Shown: piece by piece, positions 53,137 to 62,100 of the stretch
How the letters are laid out: each line of letters opens with the position of its first letter
Numbering within the stretch: the stretch's first letter is position 1
Assembly: GCA_964199315.1 (NCBI GenBank)
Contig: OZ116699.1
Span: forward strand, 5,766,001-5,830,000
DNA: 64,000 nt
Direction of reading: 5' to 3'
DNA from: Orbicella franksi
Lineage: Eukaryota
Made by a program: the position numbers and the translations under genes
Notes under the pieces: model-generated
Told to the model about the DNA's origin: nothing
Seen by the model: only the letters and a program-made list of their open reading frames with translations
The model's database searches: none

Positions 53137-56100
53137 GGGTAGTTGGCTGGCTAAGTGGCTGTCTACTTTGGCTATGTCTCTGCCTGTTTGAATGTCCGTC
53201 TATATCGCTAGCTGGCTATCTTGTCTATCTATCTGTCTGGACCAGACTTGTAACACCAACGACTGACAAACACTATTCACTTGGCTGTGAACATGACTTC
53301 CGCTCAGGTCGTCACAACGTCAGTCACCAACAACAGCTCTTTTCAGATCTACCCTCATCCGAACGATTGCACCATACGAACTTTGGTATAAAGACAGAAA
53401 TAAACAGGCAAGGATCAGGAACTAACCTTTTCATCGACTTTGAATCGGGCCACGTAGATAAAAGATCTCGCCTCGCCAACTATAAGAAGACAAGATAGTT
53501 CAATGAACATCTTTGTAACACTGTTAAGTTACTCTGTATAACAACGAGTCGTTGTGTGAGGGTTTTCGTGACGTCCAGAATAATCAAGGATGAGGTAAGT
53601 GTTACCAGTCGAAGCTGAAGGCATAGGCTGCCACGCCTAAACCCCCAGAGCGGGTTCTCGCGATGTCAATGATGGAGATAATCGAACGAGAGCAAAAATC
53701 AAAACCCCCCAAAAACTCCATAACCCTTATAATCAGTAACCCTCTAGAAATAACAAGGGTCCACACAGAGACCATTCCAACTTACCAAGCAGACTTGTCA
53801 ACATAAACCGGACTCCAAACGTGTTCTTTTTCGGGGAAGTGACAAAGACGTCTTTAGTTGAAACATCGGAATCGTAAAAATCCATCCCTTGGGTTGAGTC
53901 GGTGACAGTCAAGTTACGAGCGTCATACAGAGAATCGTTTGCGTGGCTCACCGTCACGTTGAACAGTATAAGCGGAGAGTCCATATTTCCTTGCAATATC
54001 TACAAAACACAAAATGTGAACTTGAAAAAGGGGGACCATGTCACACTCATTTGCCAAGAGTATACAAATTAAATGTTGTCATTCAGGTATCGATACTTGA
54101 ATAACAATAATTTAAGGTTCCTTGAAGGTCGGCAAACACTAGGGCACATGTTGTGGGGACATGAAATGGGGACAAGTTGAGCAACACTGTTATATCGTGT
54201 GACGTGCCATATTCCGCGCCATTTTCTAAACTACTCATTGGATAGACAGTTTAGAATTCCCAAGAGAAACGACGCTAATGCCCCCGGGGGGGGGGGGGGG
54301 GCATACCCATATGAAAGGTCAAGGATGTTCGTTGTCTCGCTTAATTTAAAGAGTGTAAATCAAGGAGTTTGGTGTCTCTTTAAGGGCAACCAGGACGAAA
54401 CACAACTATTTTTTCATGTCAAAGTATCTTTTAGGGTGCACTGGAAAAAAATAATAATAAAAGAAAACGTCGTCATTTCTGTTTTAAGTGGTATCTAGAG
54501 CTAAGACAAAGCTCGAGCCACGATTAGTCTCCCTTAGAAGTTATATTCAAATTTTCTGACGAGCATTCCCCCCCCCCCCCCACCCCTCCCCCTCCTGCCT
54601 CCGGGAACTAATGGCTCTTGATATTCAAGACTTGTTTAGCAACAAAAAACAAGACTCGTCATTCCCTAGAAACAAGACAAGAGATGTACGCCGCTGTGAC
54701 TTGTTGCCTTTCAAGCCTGAGTTAAATAAATATCTTACCTCCACAGTTTTCACAATCGACAGAAGTGGTTTCAGCAGCGGTCCGATAATAACAAATTTTT
54801 TAACAGAAGAATCTGATCCAGCATCAAACTTCAACGTGGCAAGCAAACTGAGGGGCCGTCCGCTCAACACCAGCGGCCTGTTTGCAGTCCGAAACTTCAG
54901 GAAAACCTCAATGGTGTCATTGGGTCCAGAACCAGGCAGATTCAATACAGAACCAAACGCCACATTCAGAGCTTCATTCCCATTCACTGGTGTTATAGTC
55001 GGGAGCTGGGATAATGTTAAGCCGTCTCCGTGCTTCACATAGCTTTCATTCAGAACAGGAGAAAGGGCATACACCACACCGGCATTGCGTTTGACGCGCG
55101 ACCTACATGTACAAAAGATCAAATAAAGAACATTAGGGCATTAGTTGCTGGAGCAGTTTTCAAATGCGTGTCGTAAAACCAAAGTAAATAATCACTCGGC
55201 CAATCACAATTACACAGGCAATCCAGAGAACCAATCAAAACTCAAAACAAAAGCCGACGAAAAGCGCGGGAAAACGTGTGCGAGCGAGCTACACTCTACG
55301 ATTGGTTTTGGTTTTACTTCTGACAAGATGACAGTGTGGCGCAAGTTTTTGAAGGCCAATCTCGTAGCGTGATACATCTACCGAATGCAAACAAATGAAC
55401 GCGAATTTTACTTTTAACACTCAAGAGAAAACTCTATATTGAATTACATAGTCTTTAACACGTAGAGACTAAAGGAGCAAAAGAATAAAAATATTTAAAT
55501 GGCCTAAAACAGCAAAGTGCGCGCGTGTAGTCAAATTCAAAAGAAAAGACCAACTTTGCATGTCTCACCTCGGTCTAACCACTTCACTGCCACTCCTCAT
55601 TCTTGTTACATCTCTCCTTTTACGAGAGAGATCAATGACATTGGCAGGAACCGCCGGCAGATCAACAACCACACTTAAATTGGTTTCACACTCCGGCAGT
55701 TGTAGATGAAGAGTAAAATTAACAGGATCCCCTGCCTGTAACTTCTCCGCGTTCTGACTAGCTAATATTGTGGAATTGATAGACTTCGTGGTGAGATTGG
55801 CAAGCTTTTTCTCCTTGTAACTGGCAAAATTGTCAGGTCTATTGCCGACATCCGAGCTATAGTACTCGACAGTCACCATTTGAGATATCAACTGCTTGGG
55901 ACTGAGGCGACCTAGAAGAACTGATACATAACTGCATTGGATGTTTTGCGATGGTGCGAGCGATGAAATAGAAAGTATCGACTCTTGTGTAGTGACATTA
56001 AATGTCGGTGTTCCTCGGCTGCATGTTACGCTCAGCCTACTGGTATCAAGTGCTTCAAAGGTTACCACAATGGACAAGGAATGGGCTGTTGTTGTTGGAT

Positions 56101-59100
56101 CAATGTTTTCCAGCGTGAGGTCATATTCCACTCTGTCGCCACCATCAAAAGATCCAGTAGGGGGGGTAAAGCTGACTGTCACAAAGGGATCAGGACGGAA
56201 TGTCAAGAATGTACCCTACAGGGGAAAATAAGCCAGTTAACAAAATCATTGCACAATACCACAGTCCCCTCAAAATATATAGGGCTACAGGTAAACTGTA
56301 TATAGCTTACTGGTCACATTGAATGCCAAAAATGCTAAATGATTCCCTGATATCACAAATTCACAAAACGTGCGGAGGCCTAAAGCTACACGTTCCATCC
56401 AATGGCTCAAAGCTAGCGGATTTTTCTGCTAGGCCAGTGGATATGATCTATTCCATGCCCAAAGGACAGTTTGGGACTTTTTTTAGCAAGCAAAAAGTAC
56501 TGTCTTAAGCCATGCAGAAAGGTCTATGCTCCAAATTGCCAAAAGTTTCTTTTGACCGCGCCCAGTACCACACTTCTCTGGAGCATCTTTAAGATCACTC
56601 TATTCCTATTGTCTTCTTCCCAAAGTTATACCCAAGAGTAAACATTGTATTGCCTTAAAAATTAAATTTCACTGTGAAGCTGACAAGCGGCTAGAATATT
56701 GTCTTGAGGTGCCCCGATAACATAAACTCTCGGGAAAGATAAAAACGGACAAAACCGAGACCCTGCGACTCATCACAAAGGACTCTGAGATTTCAAGACC
56801 AGATTGAACGTGTTCAAAGACCCGCAATTTTGTAGCCTTTTGCAGCATTTGCAACATCTTTGGCGTAAAGGTTTGACGATCTGCAAGGAGAATTCATAGT
56901 CACAGCTCGATCCTGAAGGCCTCAAAACCCTACAAGGACTCACACAAGTCTCTTGATGTTGTTGTTGTTGTTATTGTTGGTTTTGTTGTAGCTGTTGTTG
57001 TCTGAAGTTCCTTCTTTTCAAACCGAGCAGAACCAAACCTCACAATGTATTTATTTCACATTGCCACACAGTTACATGCAGCTTCCACTATTTAAATACT
57101 CCACACTTGCAGCTTCTCTATAACAATCCCCTTCAATGAAGTTATGAACTCCAGATTACACAAGGATGCAGCCTGAGACAACTATTTCACACAAAAATCA
57201 AGTGCAGATAATCTAATTCTTTTAGTATAAATCTACTAGTCATTCAAATAAATTATCTAAAGCCTCTTCACAGACAATTCAAAACGCAAAGGGTAGGCTG
57301 CCACTTTGTCTCGTCAGCCACGCACTGCTTAAGGCTGCTCACTACCTCAAACAGAATAGATAGTGCAAGTAGCGTAACCAATAAGACAACAGCATTGGTG
57401 ATAGAACACTAGTACATTTAAGCTAATTAAACTTATCCTTGTCTCTGTGGCACAAGAAGGTACTATGACTTCCCATGTAACATCAGACTGCTGTTGTTCA
57501 GTACTCATTTGCAAACATCGCACAATACCTGATCAGAGTTCTCCTCATACTTCCTTCCTTCTCGAGGGGCCAGACTGGGCGGTAATGTTACATAGGAGAG
57601 GTACACTGGAGATGATACAAAAATACTCGGCAAGAGGCTGCTTACAGTTGTAGCCTTGTATTGGAAAGACACACTCTGTCCAAGGGGTAGATCATTGGAT
57701 ATTTCATAGACAAGGACGTTGTTGTCAACATTATTGTACCTAAAAGACAAAGTAAATAATTTAATTAGTACCTCAAGAGCTACTCAGCTTGTTATCAAGT
57801 CAATCAATCAATCATCAATCATTTTTTTTTTTTAATTTCTTAGTTTGCATTTCTCAGTTGGACTGGCCTGCGCATAGCCAGTGCTAGTCTAGGCTGGCCA
57901 GTCTAATAAATATTATCAAGATAATAGTTACAAGTGTCTTTAATATCAATCAATAGAAAAATAGAAAGCTTGCAAAAAGTAAATAAAATAAAAATAAAAC
58001 AGTGGGAGAAGAATGAGAAAAGAGGTGAGGGGTTATCAGATAATATTATTTTTAAATTGTTTTTTACTACTACTGATATTTTAATTTAGAAATAATTTTG
58101 TGTACCTCAATGAAGGAATCTTCGTCTTCGAGAACACTTTGCAGTATATTTTTAATACTGAGTTTGAATGATTGTTTTGGTAGTTCTCTCAGAGAGCTTG
58201 GTATCTCATTCCATAGTTTAGCACCAATTCTTAAAAAGGTATTTTTTTTTTTTATTTTTTTTTTTTTTTATGCTAAGGTTTAATTTGTTTGATGTTAGCC
58301 AAACATACAATTTATGTAGTTCAGCATTCACAGCATATTCTAATGACTTAAGGTTTAATAAGATGTATAAGGCATATACTGGTAAGATATTAGTGTCATC
58401 AGCAAAGAGATAAAAGTTGAGTTTTTTGGAAGCGGTATAAATATCACTGTTATACCTCCCAACTCAAATACGTTTTCCTATTGGACAAGAACATGTCACG
58501 TGTCATGGGTCAAAACTCACTAGGGCGAACAAAACTCACTAACTCCCTGAGAATGAACAACTTGAACTTTCGACTTGCGTGTGATCAGGTTGTGCTTCTT
58601 GAAACCACAGCAAATTTGTGAGCCAGCTGGCATCAAGCAAACGATTTCTTCACAGTGTTTTTTCTTCTTTTTTTTTTTTTTTTCTTTCTTTTTTTGAGTT
58701 AGGAGGTATAACAAAACACTTAATGACTGGTCCTGCAGAAAACAGTGAGTTTTGTATCCCCTCGACTTCAATGTTCCCCTCGGCTTTGCCTCAGGGAACA
58801 TTGAGGGTCTCGGGAAATTACAAAACTCTCTTTTTCCCTTGGGGCCAGTCATTAACTGCATACTGATACACAATAAAAACATTAGCTTTTGCAGTCTTCC
58901 TCTCTAACCCAAAATTGTATGTAACAGCAACAAAAAATTCCACTAAATGGGCTTCTCAAGTTATAACACTCCACTTTTTAGCATTTGCACCCTCCCAATC
59001 AGATAGAAGTCTTGTCTTCACATGCTTGTACATCAAAGTTTAAGAACCAACTCTACAGGGTTTAAATCTTTAAAGAACTGCATGATATGGTAGAGACCTA

Positions 59101-62100
59101 CTGTGCAGTACATGGACATGTACATTAAGTAGCTTAAACGAAACTTTTTCATTCAGACTTAACATCAAAATTTCATTAAGAGCCGGGCAGTGGGCAAATT
59201 AACCAATTGTGAGGATGGTTTTGCCTGCCTGGTTTGACCATCTAGAGGAAAGGTTTTCTTTTAAGGAGTTCATTTCAGAAAGTTTTGCCCTCCTGCAAGA
59301 AACTGCTTCCTGCTGAAGACGTTTATGAAACCCCAGCATTCATGGGCCATGAAAAAATTTTCATGGCATTTTCGAGAGTAAATCATGGAATTAATTTTTC
59401 ATAAAAGAGTGTCTTCTATGTACAAAAGTATTACCTTAGGTTTCCACTAGGGGCCTGGTCTCCAGCTTTCACTGACAGATCACCTCTGCTTGGAGTACCA
59501 GATTTTCGGACATTCTTGAAGTACTCTTTAGGTGCAGCAATTTCTAGAAGCACCCCAAAAGCAGGTGAAGTTGACCGTTTGGAATGATGCAGTTGTACAG
59601 TAAAGGTGAGGTCATGATCCAGCTGTACTTCAGAGGTCTGATCCACACTCACAGTGACAGAAAGGTCAGGTTCAATTATCTTTAATGAAATTGAGACAAA
59701 GAGAACTTACATGTCAGTTAGAAATCACAAGAGTATGTTATTATTTGTTGTGTTTTATTTTTATTTTTCTTTAAATTTATTTTAATTATTTATATTTCTA
59801 TTAAACTTTGCCTATTTTCTTTGTTTTCTTTTTTTCACTTTATCGGGTAAATTTGGTTTTTTGGTTTTATTCATATTATTTTTTCGAAAGTGTGTACAGC
59901 TCATATGTTTCAGTTAATCCATGAGTGTGAGATTTTAACATTTATGGTTTGTTTGTACAAGCGGTCCAAAATAACAGGCCAGCACTTACATTGTATCTTC
60001 GGTTTCTGTGGCATGAAGAGACTTGGAGTATTTCTACTCCCCCCTGGATGGGTTGCTAGTCCATCACAGGGTTACCCCCAGCATTTGATTTGCCGGTCCC
60101 TATTTATACTCCTGGGTGGAGAGAAGCTCTGTGAGTGTTAAGTGTCTTGCTCAAGAACACAACACAATGTCCCCAGCCAGGGCTCGAACCCAGACCACTC
60201 AATCCCAAGTGAAGTAAGCATGAGATCAAAGTTCTTTAGCCCACTGTTGCAAGACCCGTACTGTACCTAAGCCATAAAAGTGGCAAGTACAGTGTATATC
60301 GGTACTGTATAGCAGTCAAATAACTTGCACGCTGCAGTCTAGAGCAAGAGGTCTGGGTAAAACAGGGTACGCATAATAATTTCAGAGCGGAAAAACGTAC
60401 TGCACAGTTTGCTGCATAGCCCTTTTTTGCGGGCTCAGGCAATGCAGGCTGCAGTAGTGGAGAAAATGGCAGACTGTAATAAGGAATGCAAACATGTCAC
60501 TCAGTTAATTTATTTACACTTTTATGGATGCAGTATGTAAAGAGGGTTAGTGAATACTGTGTCTATGATCTACACACCAAAATTTCTAATGCAAAGAAAT
60601 AATTAAGGGTTTGGAAACCTTCTAATTGAACAAATGTTATTTTTGTCCGAAAAACTTGATTCACCCCGAAAAAACAACACACCAGCTTTCCATTAGCGAC
60701 AAGAATATGTTGCTACTTTCCGTGAAAATTAGGAAAGCGTACATGTATTAAGTTAGTAACATGATCAACGAAATACCTGCAAATTATTTAAACTTAGAAC
60801 CTGGAGAGTGCCCAAAACATGCGCATACCTTTTACGTTTTTCTGCTCTCAATGTACAATTAATAAAGTACATGTAACAACATACAGTGCAAATTAAAGAC
60901 TAATGATTAGGTGATTAGGCTACTGACAATACAAGCACTTGCTCACACCTTCAACAGCAATGAAGAAGACGGTTGACCAAATCCATTGACACTTGTACTC
61001 GAAACAACAGCATGTGTTCTTCCATTTGTATTCTGCAGAACATCTACAGCTCTCATGGTTGCTTGATATTCAATTACATTGTCACCAGATGACTGGGAAA
61101 AGTTTCCAACATTGACGACAGTGCCAAGATTCCCACCTACATTTGCTCCAGTGGCAGTAAGATCTAAATAAATATTAAATAATAAAGAAAAGTTAAGTTT
61201 ACTCTTAAAAAAAAATAATTCTATCCAAATAAATCCTATTTAAGTTATTTCATTAGTAATCCATTCCAAAAATAATTGTACAGCATCATGTGCATGAAGT
61301 ATATACATTTACATGTGTGTAATTAATATATGTCACTGGGTTTGACTACAGGTGTACATGTAGCTACTTTACATTGCAAGGCTGTAAGTATGTAAAGTAA
61401 TAAATTATCTCTTTTATGACCCTGACACTACCAGGGTTTTCATAAATTAAGGGTCGTGCATTGGGCAAAATAACCGGCTATGGGGATGATTTTGCCCACC
61501 TGGTTTGGAATTTTTTTCTTATAAAGAAGATTCGTTCAAAACATTTTGCCCGCCTGGGAGAACCAGTTTCCCTCCCGCTGGAAATGATAATGGACCCCTG
61601 AACTACATTGTACATGTATTTCTTGATGACTTGAATTTGACAAGCCATAAAAATAAGAATCTGATTAAGTAGGTACAAAAGGACTGCCTTGCTGAGACTA
61701 ATGAAACATCTTGATATACTGCTGTTGAGAGTTTTTAAAATTACATGTACCAGCTGGTATATAGCCTGCGAACGCAGACGTATTTCCAGCTGTCACTTGG
61801 TTTCGCCAAAAAATAACGTCTGCAAACTCGAGCCAGAAAACGATTTCTGTGACGTAGTAATTCTAGACGAATCACAGCTTAGCTCAAATAACCACAGAAC
61901 TACTGCGCGAGGTATTCTCTGCGAGGAGCGCTCGAGTTTCATTCTATCATGGATTCTGATTGGCCAAGGAGAAACAAAAGTCATTACATCACAGAAATCG
62001 TTTCCTGGCTCGGGTTCGCAGACGTTATTTTTCGGCAGAACCAAGTGACAGCCGGAAATACGTCTGCGTTCGCAGGCTAGCTGGTATACTACTTAAAATT

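Noticed and set aside
53540-53636. Candidate exon AWQPMPSASTGNTYLILDYSGRH
   Set aside because: The required phase-1 frame hits a stop; the 53427-53479 exon fits instead.
54611-56305. Plus-strand ORFs at 54611, 55941 and 55985
   Set aside because: Antisense shadows of large EVC2-like exons.
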